A stretch of DNA of 64,000 bases from the human T2T-CHM13v2.0 reference genome, Homo sapiens: NCBI RefSeq assembly GCF_009914755.1, contig NC_060939.1; one strand, 5' to 3'. Made by a program: the position numbers and the translations under genes. Of this stretch, positions 13,601 through 28,600 are shown piece after piece; within the stretch, counting starts at the first letter, position 1; each line of letters opens with the position of its first letter. A model generated the notes under the pieces. The model had not been told where the DNA came from and made no database searches. It was given only the letters and a program-made list of their open reading frames with translations.

Positions 13601-16600
13601 TCCATTCCATTGGATTGCATTCCATTCGATTCCATTCCATTCGAATCAATTACATAGCAATCCATTACATTCGAGTCTATTCTATTCCGTTCCATTCGAT
13701 TTCGTTCCAATCCATTCGATTCCATTCCATTCGATTCCATTCCATTCTATTGCATTCCATTCGATTACATTATATTCGAATAAGTTCCATTCAAGACCAT
13801 TTCTTTTGAGTCCATTCTATTTGAGTCCATTCCCTTTGATTCCATAACATTTGAGTCCATTCAATTCCATTCCTTTCGTTTCCATTCCATTTGATGCCAT
13901 TCCATTCAATTCTGTTCTACTCGACTCCAATACATTCAATTCCATTCCATCCGATTCCATTACATTCTTTTCATTTCTTATCCATTTCAAGCCATTCCAC
14001 TCCATTCCATTCCACTCGTTTCCTTTCCATTCGAGTCCATTCCTCTCCAGTCCATTCCGTTCAATCCATTCCATTCCAGTCCATTCCATTCGAGTCCGTT
14101 CCATTCCAGTCCATTCCATTCGAGTCAATTCCATTCCATTCGATGTCTTTCCATAACGATCCATTCCATTCTATTCCTTTCGATTCCATTCCATTCTATT
14201 TCATTCCATTCGATTCCCTTCCATTGGACTCCTTTCCATTCGAGTGCATTCCATTCCTTTCCATTTCTTTCCGTTCTGTACGATTCCTACCGTTCGATTT
14301 CATTTTGTTCCAGTCCATTCCTTTCGCGTCCATTCCATTCCATTTCACTCCATTCGATTCCATTCCACTCGATTCCACTTCGTTCCATTTCATTGCATTC
14401 CATTCTATTCAACTCTATTGCCTTCCATTCCATTCCATTCAATTACATTCCATGCGATTCCATTCGAAATCGAATCAATTACATTGCAATCCATTACTAT
14501 TGAGTCCGTTTTATTCCAGTCCACTGCATTCTGGTCCATTCCATTTGATTCCATTCCATTCTATTCCATTCCATACAGTTGCATTCCATTGGATTCCATG
14601 CTATATCTATAAATTCAATTCGAGACCATTGCTTTTGAGTCCATTCTATATGATTCCATTCCATTCAAGTCCATTACATTTGGTTCAATTCCATTCCATT
14701 CCATTCCCTTCCATTCCATTCCATTTGATATCAATCCATTCGATTCCATTCCATTCGAGCACATTCCATTCGAGTCCATTCCATTCGATGCCATTCCATT
14801 TGATTCTATTCCATTAGTCTCCATTCAATTCCATTAATCTCCATTCCATTCCATTCTACTCCAACTGATTCCATTCCATTCTATTCCTTTCCATTCCATT
14901 TCATTCCATTCCATTCCATTTCATTCCATTCCATTCCATTCGTGTCCATTCCACTCCAGTCCATTCCATTCGTGTCCATTCCATTCCAGTCCATTCCATT
15001 TGTGTCCACTGCATTCCATTCCACTCCATTCCATATTATTCCATTACACTCCATTCCATTCTATTACTTTCATTTCCATTCAATTCCATTCCATTTGATT
15101 CCATTCCACTCGGTTTCATTCCAATTGAGTCCACTCCATTCCATTCCATTCCATTCCATTCAGTTCCATTCCATTCTGTTCCATTCCATTCCGTTCCATT
15201 ACATTCCATTCCATTCGGTACCATTCCATATTGTTCCATTCGATTCCATTCGAATCCATTCCATTCCAGTCCATTCCATTCGATTCCATTCCATTCATTT
15301 CAATTCCATTCCATTCCATTCCATTACATTCCACTTGATTCCTCTCCATTCCCTTCCACTGCATTCCGTTCGATTCCATTCCATTGCATTGCATTCCATT
15401 CCATTGGATTGCATTCCATTCGATTCCATTCCATTCGAATCAATTACATAGCAATCCATTACATTCGAGTCTATTCTATTCCGTTCCATTCGATTTCGTT
15501 CCAATCCATTCGATTCCATTCCATTCGATTCCATTCCATACTATTGCATTCCATTCGATTACATTATATTCGAATAAGTTCCATTCAAGACCATTTCTTT
15601 TGAGTCCATTCTATTTGAGTCCATTCCCTTTGATTCCATAACATTTGAGTCCATTCAATTCCATTCCTTTCGTTTCCATTCCATTTGATGCCATTCCATT
15701 CAATTCTGTTCTACTCGACTCCAATACATTCAATTCCATTCCATCCGATTCCATTACATTCTTTTCATTTCTTATCCATTTCAAGCCATTCCACTCCATT
15801 CCATTCCACTCGTTTCCTTTCCATTCGAGTCCATTCCTCTCCAGTCCATTCCGTTCAATCCATTCCATTCCAGTCCATTCCATTCGAGTCCGTTCCATTC
15901 CAGTCCATTCCATTCGAGTCAATTCCATCCCATTCGATGTCTTTCCATAACGATCCATTCCATTCTATTCCTTTCGATTCCATTCCATTCTATTTCATTC
16001 CATTCGATTCCCTTCCATTGGCCTCCTTTCCATTCGAGTGCATTCCATTCCGTTCCATTTCTTTCCGTTCTGTACGATTCCTACCGTTCGATTTCATTTT
16101 GTTCCAGTCCATTCCTTTCGCGTCCATTCCATTCCATTTCACTCCATTCGATTCCATTCCACTCGATTCCACTTCGTTCCATTTCATTGCATTCCATTCT
16201 ATTCAACTCTATTGCCTTCCATTCCATTCCATTCGATTACATTCCATGCGATTCCATTCGAAATCGAATCAATTACATTGCAATCCATTACTATTGATTC
16301 CATTTTATTCCAGTCCACTGCATTCTGGTCCATTCCATTTGATTCCATTCCATTCTATTCCATTCCATACAGTTGCATTCCATTGGATTCCATTCTATAT
16401 CTATAAATTCAATTCGAGACCATTGCTTTTGAGTCCATTCTATATGATTCCATTCCATTCATTTCCATTACATTTGGTTCAATTCCATTCCATTCCATTC
16501 CCTTCCATTCCATTCCAGTTGATATCAATCCATTCGATTCCATTCCATTCGAGCACATTCCATTCGAGTCCATTCCATTCGATGCCATTCCATTTGATTC

Positions 16601-19600
16601 TATTCCATTAGTCTCCATTCAATTCCATTAATCTCCATTCCATTCCATTCTACTCCAACTGATTCCATTCCATTCTATTCCTTTCCATTCCATTTCATTC
16701 CATTCCATTCCATTTCATTCCATTCCATTCCATTCCATTCCATTCCATTCCATTCGCTTCCATTCCATTCGTGTCCATTCCATTCCAGTCCATTCCATTT
16801 GTGTCCACTGCATTCCATTCCACTCCATTCCATATTATTCCATTACACTCCATTCCATTCTATTACTTTCATTTCCATTCAATTCCATTCCATTTGATTC
16901 CATTCCACTCGGTTTCATTCCATTTGAGTCCACTCCATTCCATTCCATTCCATTCCATTCCATTCAGTTCCATTCCATTCTGTTCCATTCCATTCCGCTC
17001 CATTACATTCCATTCCATTCGGTACCATTCCATATTGTTCCATTCGATTCCATTCGAATCCATTCCATTCCAGTCCATTCCATTCGATTCCATTCCATTC
17101 ATTTCAATTCCATTCCATTCCATTCCATTACATTCCACTTGATTCCTCTCCATTCCCTTCCACTGCATTCCGTTCGATTCCATTCCATTGCATTGCATTC
17201 CATTCCATTGGATTGCATTCCATTCGATTCCATTCCATTCGAATCAATTACATAGCAATCCATTACATTCGAGTCTATTCTATTCCGTTCCATTCGATTT
17301 CGTTCCAATCCATTCGATTCCATTCCATTCGATTCCATTCCATACTATTGCATTCCATTCGATTACATTATATTCGAATAAGTTCCATTCAAGACCATTT
17401 CTTTTGAGTCCATTCTATTTGAGTCCATTCCCTTTGATTCCATAACATTTGAGTCCATTCAATTCCATTCCTTTCGTTTCCATTCCATTTGATGCCATTC
17501 CATTCAATTCTGTTCTACTCGACTCCAATACATTCAATTCCATTCCATCCGATTCCATTACATTCTTTTCATTTCTTATCCATTTCAAGCCATTCCACTC
17601 CATTCCATTCCACTCGTTTCCTTTCCATTCGAGTCCATTCCTCTCCAGTCCATTCCGTTCAATCCTTTCCATTCCAGTCCATTCCATTCGAGTCCGTTCC
17701 ATTCCAGTCCATTCCATTCGAGTCAATTCCATTCCATTCGATGTCTTTCCATAACGATCCATTCCATTCTATTCCTTTCGATTCCATTCCATTCTATTTC
17801 ATTCCATTCGATTCCCTTCCATTGGACTCCTTTCCATTCGAGTGCATTCCATTCCTTTCCATTTCTTTCCGTTCTGTACGATTCCTACCGTTCGATTTCA
17901 TTTTGTTCCAGTCCATTCCTTTCGCGTCCATTCCATTCCATTTCACTCCATTCGATTCCATTCCACTCGATTCCACTTCATTCCATTTCATTGCATTCCA
18001 TTCTATTCAACTCTATTGCTTTCATTCCATTCCATTTGATTACATTCCATGCAATTCCATTCGAAATCGGATCAATTACATTGCAATCCATTACTATTGA
18101 GTCCGTTTTATTCCAGTCCACTGCATTCTGGTCCATTCCATTTGATTCCATTCCATTCTATTCCATTCCATACAGTTGCATTCCATTGGATTCCATGCTA
18201 TATCTATAAATTCAATTCGAGACCATTGCTTTTGAGTCCATTCTATATGATTCCATTCCATTCAAGTCCATTACATTTGGTTCAATTCCATTCCATTCCA
18301 TTCCCTTCCATTCCATTCCATTTGATATCAATCCATTCGATTCCATTCCATTCGAGCACATTCCATTCGAGTCCATTCCATTCGATGCCATTCCATTTGA
18401 TTCTATTCCATTAGTCTCCATTCAATTCCATTAATCTCCATTCCATTCCATTCTACTCCAACTGATTCCATTCCATTCTATTCCTTTCCATTCCATTTCA
18501 TTCCATTCCATTCCATTTCATTCCATTCCATTCCATTCGCGTCCATTCCACTCCAGTCCATTCCATTCGTGTCCATTCCATTCCAGTCCATTCCATTTGT
18601 GTCCACTGCATTCCATTCCACTCCATTCCATATTATTCCATTACACTCCATTCCATTCTATTACTTTCATTTCCATTCAATTCCATTCCATTTGATTCCA
18701 TTCCACTCGGTTTCATTCCATTTGAGTCCACTCCATTCCATTCCATTCCATTCCATTCAGTTCCATTCCATTCTGTTCCATTCCATTCCGTTCCATTACA
18801 TTCCATTCCATTCGGTACCATTCCATATTGTTCCATTCGATTCCATTCGAATCCATTCCATTCCAGTCCATTCCATTCGATTCCATTCCATTCATTTCAA
18901 TTCCATTCCATTCCATTCCATTACATTCCACTTGATTCCTCTCCATTCCCTTCCACTGCATTCCGTTCGATTCCATTCCATTGCATTGCATTCCATTCCA
19001 TTGGATTGCATTCCATTCGATTCCATTCCATTCGAATCAATTACATAGCAATCCATTACATTCGAGTCTATTCTCTTCCGATCCATTCGATTTCGTTCCA
19101 ATCCATTCGATTCCATTCCATTCGATTCCATTCCATACTATTGCATTCCATTCGATTACATTATATTCGAATAAGTTCCATTCAAGACCATTTCTTTTGA
19201 GTCCATTCTATTTGAGTCCATTCCCTTTGATTCCATAACATTTGAGTCCATTCAATTCCATTCCTTTCGTTTCCATTCCATTTGATGCCATTCCATTCAA
19301 TTCTGTTCTACTCGACTCCAATACATTCAATTCCATTCCATCCGATTCCATTACATTCTTTTCATTTCTTATCCATTTCAAGCCATTCCACTCCATTCCA
19401 TTCCACTCGTTTCCTTTCCATTCGAGTCCATTCCTCTCCAGTCCATTCCGTTCAATCCATTCCATTCCAGTCCATTCCATTCGAGTCCGTTCCATTCCAG
19501 TCCATTCCATTCGAGTCAATTCCATCCCATTCGATGTCTTTCCATAACGATCCATTCCATTCTATTCCTTTCGATTCCATTCCATTCTATTTCATTCCAT

Positions 19601-22600
19601 TCGATTCCCTTCCATTGGCCTCCTTTCCATTCGAGTGCATTCCATTCCGTTCCATTTCTTTCCGTTCTGTACGATTCCTACCGTTCGATTTCATTTTGTT
19701 CCAGTCCATTCCTTTCGCGTCCATTCCATTCCATTTCACTCCATTCGATTCCATTCCACTCGATTCCACTTCGTTCCATTTCATTGCATTCCATTCTATT
19801 CAACTCTATTGCCTTCCATTCCATTCCATTCGATTACATTCCATGCGATTCCATTCGAAATCGAATCAATTACATTGCAATCCATTACTATTGATTCCAT
19901 TTTATTCCAGTCCACTGCATTCTGGTCCATTCCATTTGATTCCATTCCATTCTATTCCATTCCATACAGTTGCATTCCATTGGATTCCATTCTATATCTA
20001 TAAATTCAATTCGAGACCATTGCTTTTGAGTCCATTCTATATGATTCCATTCCATTCATTTCCATTACATTTGGTTCAATTCCATTCCATTCCATTCCCT
20101 TCCATTCCATTCCAGTTGATATCAATCCATTCGATTCCATTCCATTCGAGCACATTCCATTCGAGTCCATTCCATTCGATGCCATTCCATTTGATTCTAT
20201 TCCATTAGTCTCCATTCAATTCCATTAATCTCCATTCCATTCCATTCTACTCCAACTGATTCCATTCCATTCTATTCCTTTCCATTCCATTTCATTCCAT
20301 TCCATTCCATTTCATTCCATTCCATTCCATTCCATTCCATTCCATTCGCTTCCATTCCATTCGTGTCCATTCCACTCCAGTCCATTCCATTCGTGTCCAT
20401 TCCATTCCAGTCCATTCCATTTGTGTCCACTGCATTCCATTCCACTCCATTCCATATTATTCCATTACACTCCATTCCATTCTATTACTTTCATTTCCAT
20501 TCAATTCCATTCCATTTGATTCCATTCCACTCGGTTTCATTCCATTTGAGTCCACTCCATTCCATTCCATTCCATTCCATTCAGTTCCATTCCATTCTGT
20601 TCCATTCCATTCCGTTCCATTGCATTCCATTCCATTCGGTACCATTCCATATTGTTCCATTTGATTCCATTCGAATCCATTCCATTCCAGTCCATTCCAT
20701 TCGATTCCATTCCATTCCTTTCAATTCCATTCCATTCCATTCCATTCCACTTGATTCCACTCCATTCCCTTCCACTGCATTCCATTCGATTCCATTCCAT
20801 TGCATTGCATTCCATTCCATTGGACTGCATTCCATTCGATTCCATTCCATGCGAATCAATTACATAGCAATCCATTACATTCGAGTCTATTCTATTCCGT
20901 TCCATTCGATTTCGTTCCAATCCATTCGATTCCATTCCATTCGATTCCATTCCATACTATTGCATTCCATTCGATTACATTATATTCGAATAAGTTCCAT
21001 TCAAGACCATTTCTTTTGAGTCCATTCTATTTGAGTCCATTCCCTTTGATTCCATAACATTTGAGTCCATTCAATTCCATTCCTTTCGTTTCCATTCCAT
21101 TTGATGCCATTCCATTCAATTCTGTTCTACTCGACTCCAATACATTCAATTCCATTCCATCCGATTCCATTACATTCTTTTCATTTCTTATCCATTTCAA
21201 GCCATTCCACTCCATTCCATTCCACTCGTTTCCTTTCCATTCGAGTCCATTCCTCTCCAGTCCATTCCGTTCAATCCATTCCATTCCAGTCCATTCCATT
21301 CGAGTCCGTTCCATTCCAGTCCATTCCATTCGAGTCAATTCCATTCCATTCGATGTTTTCCATAACGATCCATTCCATTCTATTCCTTTCAATTCCATTC
21401 CATTCTATTTCATTCCATTCGATTCCCTTCCATTGGCCTCCTTTCCATTCGAGTGCATTCCATTCCGTTCCATTTCTTTCCGTTCTGTACGTTTCCTACC
21501 GTTCGATTTCATTTTGTTCCAGTCCATTCCTTTCACGTCCATTCCATTCCATTTCACTCCATTCGATTCCATTCCACTCGATTCCACTTCGTTCCATTTC
21601 ATTGCATTCCATTCTATTCAACTCTATTGCCTTCCATTCCATTCCATTCGATTACATTCCATGCGATTCCATTCGAAATCGAATCAATTACATTGCAATC
21701 CATTACTATTGAGTCCATTTTATTCCAGTCCACTGCATTCTGGTCCATTCCATTTGATTCCATTCCATTCTATTCCATTCCATACAGTTGCATTCCATTG
21801 GATTCCATTCTATATCTATAAATTCAATTCGAGACCATTGCTTTTGAGTCCATTCTATATGATTCCATTCCATTCAAGTCCATTACATTTGGTTCAATTC
21901 CATTCCATTCCATTCCCTTCCATTCCATTCCAGTTGATATCAATCCATTCGATTCCATTCCATTCGAGCACATTCCATTCCAGTCCATTCCATTCGATGC
22001 CATTCCATTTGATTCTATTCCATTAGTCTCCATTCAATTCCATTAATCTCCATTCCATTCCATTCTACTCCAACTGATTCCATTCCATTCTATTCCTTTC
22101 CATTCCATTTCATTCCATTCCATTCCATTTCATTCCATTCCATTCCATTCCATTCCATTCGCTTTCATTCCATTCGTGTCCATTCCATTCCAGTCCATTC
22201 CATTTGTGTCCACTGCATTCCATTCCACTCCATTCCATATTATTCCATTACACTCCATTCCATTCTATTACTTTCATTTCCATTCAATTCCATTCCATTT
22301 GATTCCATTCCACTCGGTTTCATTCCATTTGAGTCCACTCCATTCCGTTCCATTCCATTCAGTTCCATTCCATTCTGTTCCATTCCATTCCGTTCCATTA
22401 CATTCCATTCCATTCGGTACCATTCCATATTGTTCCATTCGATTCCATTCGAATCCATTCCATTCCAGTCCATTCCATTCGATTCCATTCCATTCATTTC
22501 AATTCCATTCCATTCCATTCCATTACATTCCACTTGATTCCTCTCCATTCCCTTCCACTGCATTCCGTTCGATTCCATTCCATTGCATTGCATTCCATTC

Positions 22601-25600
22601 CATTGGATTGCATTCCATTCGATTCCATTCCATTCGAATCAATTACATAGCAATCCATTACATTCGAGTCTATTCTATTCCGTTCCATTCGATTTCGTTC
22701 CAATCCATTCGATTCCATTCCATTCGATTCCATTCCATACTATTGCATTCCATTCGATTACATTATATTCGAATAAGTTCCATTCAAGACCATTTCTTTT
22801 GAGTCCATTCTATTTGAGTCCATTCCCTTTGATTCCATAACATTTGAGTCCATTCAATTCCATTCCTTTCGTTTCCATTCCATTTGATGCCATTCCATTC
22901 AATTCTGTTCTACTCGACTCCAATACATTCAATTCCATTCCATCCGATTCCATTACATTCTTTTCATTTCTTATCCATTTCAAGCCATTCCACTCCATTC
23001 CATTCCACTCGTTTCCTTTCCATTCGAGTCCATTCCTCTCCAGTCCATTCCGTTCAATCCATTCCATTCCAGTCCATTCCATTCGAGTCCGTTCCATTCC
23101 AGTCCATTCCATTCGAGTCAATTCCATTCCATTCGATGTCTTTCCATAACGATCCATTCCATTCTATTCCTTTCGATTCCATTCCATTCTATTTCATTCC
23201 ATTCGATTCCCTTCCATTGGACTCCTTTCCATTCGAGTGCATTCCATTCCGTTCCATTTCTTTCCGTTCTGTACGATTCCTACCGTTCGATTTCATTTTG
23301 TTCCAGTCCATTCCTTTCGGGTCCATTCCATTCCATTTCACTCCATTCGATTCCATTCCACTCGATTCCACTTCGTTCCATTTCATTGCATTCCATTCTA
23401 TTCAACTCTATTGCCTTCCATTCCATTCCATTCGATTACATTCCATGCGATTCCATTCGAAATCGAATCAATTACATTGCAATCCATTACTATTGAGTCC
23501 GTTTTATTCCAGTCCACTGCATTCTGGTCCATTCCATTTGATTCCATTCCATTCTATTCCATTCCATACAGTTGCATTCCATTGGATTCCATGCTATATG
23601 TATAAATTCAATTCGAGACCATTGCTTTTGAGTCCATTCTATATGATTCCATTCCATTCAAGTCCATTACATTTGGTTCAATTCCATTCCATTCCATTCC
23701 CTTCCATTCCATTCCATTTGATATCAATCCATTCGATTCCATTCCATTCGAGCACATTCCATTCGAGTCCATTCCATTCGATGCCATTCCATTTGATTCT
23801 ATTCCATTAGTCTCCATTCAATTCCATTAATCTCCATTCCATTCCATTCTACTCCAACTGATTCCATTCCATTCTATTCCTTTCCATTCCATTTCATTCC
23901 ATTCCATTCCATTTCATTCCATTCCATTCCATTCGTGTCCATTCCACTCCAGTCCATTCCATTCGTGTCCATTCCATTCCAGTCCATTCCATTTGTGTCC
24001 ACAGCATTCCATTCCACTCCATTCCATATTATTCCATTACACTCCATTCCATTCTATTACTTTCATTTCCATTCAATTCCATTCCATTTGATTCCATTCC
24101 ACTCGGTTTCATTCCATTTGAGTCCACTCCATTCCATTCCATTCCATTCCATTCAGTTCCATTCCATTCTGTTCCATTCCATTCCGTTCCATTACATTCC
24201 ATTCCATTCGGTACCATTCCATATTGTTCCATTCGATTCCATTCGAATCCATTCCATTCCAGTCCATTCCATTCGATTCCATTCCATTCATTTCAATTCC
24301 ATTCCATTCCATTCCATTACATTCCACTTGATTCCTCTCCATTCCCTTCCACTGCATTCCGTTCGATTCCATTCCATTGCATTGCATTCCATTCCATTGG
24401 ATTGCATTCCATTCGATTCCATTCCATTCGAATCAATTACATAGCAATCCATTACATTCGAGTCTATTCTATTCCGTTCCATTCGATTTCGTTCCAATCC
24501 ATTCGATTCCATTCCATTCGATTCCATTCCATTCTATTGCATTCCATTCGATTACATTATATTCGAATAAGTTCCATTCAAGACCATTTCTTTTGAGTCC
24601 ATTCTATTTGAGTCCATTCCCTTTGATTCCATAACATTTGAGTCCATTCAATTCCATTCCTTTCGTTTCCATTCCATTTGATGCCATTCCATTCAATTCT
24701 GTTCTACTCGACTCCAATACATTCAATTCCATTCCATCCGATTCCATTACATTCTTTTCATTTCTTATCCATTTCAAGCCATTCCACTCCATTCCATTCC
24801 ACTCGTTTCCTTTCCATTCGAGTCCATTCCTCTCCAGTCCATTCCGTTCAATCCATTCCATTCCAGTCCATTCCATTCGAGTCCGTTCCATTCCAGTCCA
24901 TTCCATTCGAGTCAATTCCATTCCATTCGATGTCTTTCCATAACGATCCATTCCATTCTATTCCTTTCGATTCCATTCCATTCTATTTCATTCCATTCGA
25001 TTCCCTTCCATTGGACTCCTTTCCATTCGAGTGCATTCCATTCCTTTCCATTTCTTTCCGTTCTGTACGATTCCTACCGTTCGATTTCATTTTGTTCCAG
25101 TCCATTCCTTTCGCGTCCATTCCATTCCATTTCACTCCATTCGATTCCATTCCACTCGATTCCACTTCGTTCCATTTCATTGCATTCCATTCTATTCAAC
25201 TCTATTGCCTTCCATTCCATTCCATTCAATTACATTCCATGCGATTCCATTCGAAATCGAATCAATTACATTGCAATCCATTACTATTGAGTCCGTTTTA
25301 TTCCAGTCCACTGCATTCTGGTCCATTCCATTTGATTCCATTCCATTCTATTCCATTCCATACAGTTGCATTCCATTGGATTCCATGCTATATCTATAAA
25401 TTCAATTCGAGACCATTGCTTTTGAGTCCATTCTATATGATTCCATTCCATTCAAGTCCATTACATTTGGTTCAATTCCATTCCATTCCATTCCCTTCCA
25501 TTCCATTCCATTTGATATCAATCCATTCGATTCCATTCCATTCGAGCACATTCCATTCGAGTCCATTCCATTCGATGCCATTCCATTTGATTCTATTCCA

Positions 25601-28600
25601 TTAGTCTCCATTCAATTCCATTAATCTCCATTCCATTCCATTCTACTCCAACTGATTCCATTCCATTCTATTCCTTTCCATTCCATTTCATTCCATTCCA
25701 TTCCATTTCATTCCATTCCATTCCATTCGTGTCCATTCCACTCCAGTCCATTCCATTCGTGTCCATTCCATTCCAGTCCATTCCATTTGTGTCCACTGCA
25801 TTCCATTCCACTCCATTCCATATTATTCCATTACACTCCATTCCATTCTATTACTTTCATTTCCATTCAATTCCATTCCATTTGATTCCATTCCACTCGG
25901 TTTCATTCCAATTGAGTCCACTCCATTCCATTCCATTCCATTCCATTCAGTTCCATTCCATTCTGTTCCATTCCATTCCGTTCCATTACATTCCATTCCA
26001 TTCGGTACCATTCCATATTGTTCCATTCGATTCCATTCGAATCCATTCCATTCCAGTCCATTCCATTCGATTCCATTCCATTCATTTCAATTCCATTCCA
26101 TTCCATTCCATTACATTCCACTTGATTCCTCTCCATTCCCTTCCACTGCATTCCGTTCGATTCCATTCCATTGCATTGCATTCCATTCCATTGGATTGCA
26201 TTCCATTCGATTCCATTCCATTCGAATCAATTACATAGCAATCCATTACATTCGAGTCTATTCTCTTCCGTTCCATTCGATTTCGTTCCAATCCATTCGA
26301 TTCCATTCCATTCGATTCCATTCCATACTATTGCATTCCATTCGATTACATTATATTCGAATAAGTTCCATTCAAGACCATTTCTTTTGAGTCCATTCTA
26401 TTTGAGTCCATTCCCTTTGATTCCATAACATTTGAGTCCATTCAATTCCATTCCTTTCGTTTCCATTCCATTTGATGCCATTCCATTCAATTCTGTTCTA
26501 CTCGACTCCAATACATTCAATTCCATTCCATCCGATTCCATTACATTCTTTTCATTTCTTATCCATTTCAAGCCATTCCACTCCATTCCATTCCACTCGT
26601 TTCCTTTCCATTCGAGTCCATTCCTCTCCAGTCCATTCCGTTCAATCCATTCCATTCCAGTCCATTCCATTCGAGTCCGTTCCATTCCAGTCCATTCCAT
26701 TCGAGTCAATTCCATCCCATTCGATGTCTTTCCATAACGATCCATTCCATTCTATTCCTTTTGATTCCATTCCATTCTATTTCATTCCATTCGATTCCCT
26801 TCCATTGGCCTCCTTTCCATTCGAGTGCATTCCATTCCGTTCCATTTCTTTCCGTTCTGTACGATTCCTACCGTTTGATTTCATTTTGTTCCAGTCCATT
26901 CCTTTCGCGTCCATTCCATTCCATTTCACTCCATTCGATTCCATTCCACTCGATTCCACTTCGTTCCATTTCATTGCATTCCATTCTATTCAACTCTATT
27001 GCCTTCCATTCCATTCCATTCGATTACATTCCATGCGATTCCATTCGAAATCGAATCAATTACATTGCAATCCATTACTATTGATTCCATTTTATTCCAG
27101 TCCACTGCATTCTGGTCCATTCCATTTGATTCCATTCCATTCTATTCCATTCCATACAGTTGCATTCCATTGGATTCCATTCTATATCTATAAATTCAAT
27201 TCGAGACCATTGCTTTTGAGTCCATTCTATATGATTCCATTCCATTCATTTCCATTACATTTGGTTCAATTCCATTCCATTCCATTCCCTTCCATTCCAT
27301 TCCAGTTGATATCAATCCATTCGATTCCATTCCATTCGAGCACATTCCATTCGAGTCCATTCCATTCGATGCCATTCCATTTGATTCTATTCCATTAGTC
27401 TCCATTCAATTCCATTAATCTCCATTCCATTCCATTCTACTCCAACTGATTCCATTCCATTCTATTCCTTTCCATTCCATTTCATTCCATTCCATTCCAT
27501 TTCATTCCATTCCATTCCATTCCATTCCATTCGCTTCCATTCCATTCGTGTCCATTCCATTCCAGTCCATTCCATTTGTGTCCACTGCATTCCATTCCAC
27601 TCCATTCCATATTATTCCATTACACTCCATTCCATTCTATTACTTTCATTTCCATTCAATTCCATTCCATTTGATTCCATTCCACTCGGTTTCATTCCAT
27701 TTGAGTCCACTCCATTCCATTCCATTCCATTCCATTCCATTCAGTTCCATTCCATTCTGTTCCATTCCATTCCGCTCCATTACATTCCATTCCATTCGGT
27801 ACCATTCCATATTGTTCCATTCGATTCCATTCGAATCCATTCCATTCCAGTCCATTCCATTCGATTCCATTCCATTCATTTCAATTCCATTCCATTCCAT
27901 TCCATTACATTCCACTTGATTCCTCTCCATTCCCTTCCACTGCATTCCGTTCGATTCCATTCCATTGCATTGCATTCCATTCCATTGGATTGCATTCCAT
28001 TCGATTCCATTCCATTCGAATCAATTACATAGCAATCCATTACATTCGAGTCTATTCTATTCCGTTCCATTCGATTTCGTTCCAATCCATTCGATTCCAT
28101 TCCATTCGATTCCCTTCCATACTATTGCATTCCATTCGATTACATTATATTCGAATAAGTTCCATTCAAGACCATTTCTTTTGAGTCCATTCTATTTGAG
28201 TCCATTCCCTTTGATTCCATAACATTTGAGTCCATTCAATTCCATTCCTTTCGTTTCCATTCCATTTGATGCCATTCCATTCAATTCTGTTCTACTCGAC
28301 TCCAATACATTCAATTCCATTCCATCCGATTCCATTACATTCTTTTCATTTCTTATCCATTTCAAGCCATTCCACTCCATTCCATTCCACTCGTTTCCTT
28401 TCCATTCGAGTCCATTCCTCTCCAGTCCATTCCGTTCAATCCTTTCCATTCCAGTCCATTCCATTCGAGTCCGTTCCATTCCAGTCCATTCCATTCGAGT
28501 CAATTCCATTCCATTCGATGTCTTTCCATAACGATCCATTCCATTCTATTCCTTTCGATTCCATTCCATTCTATTTCATTCCATTCGATTCCCTTCCATT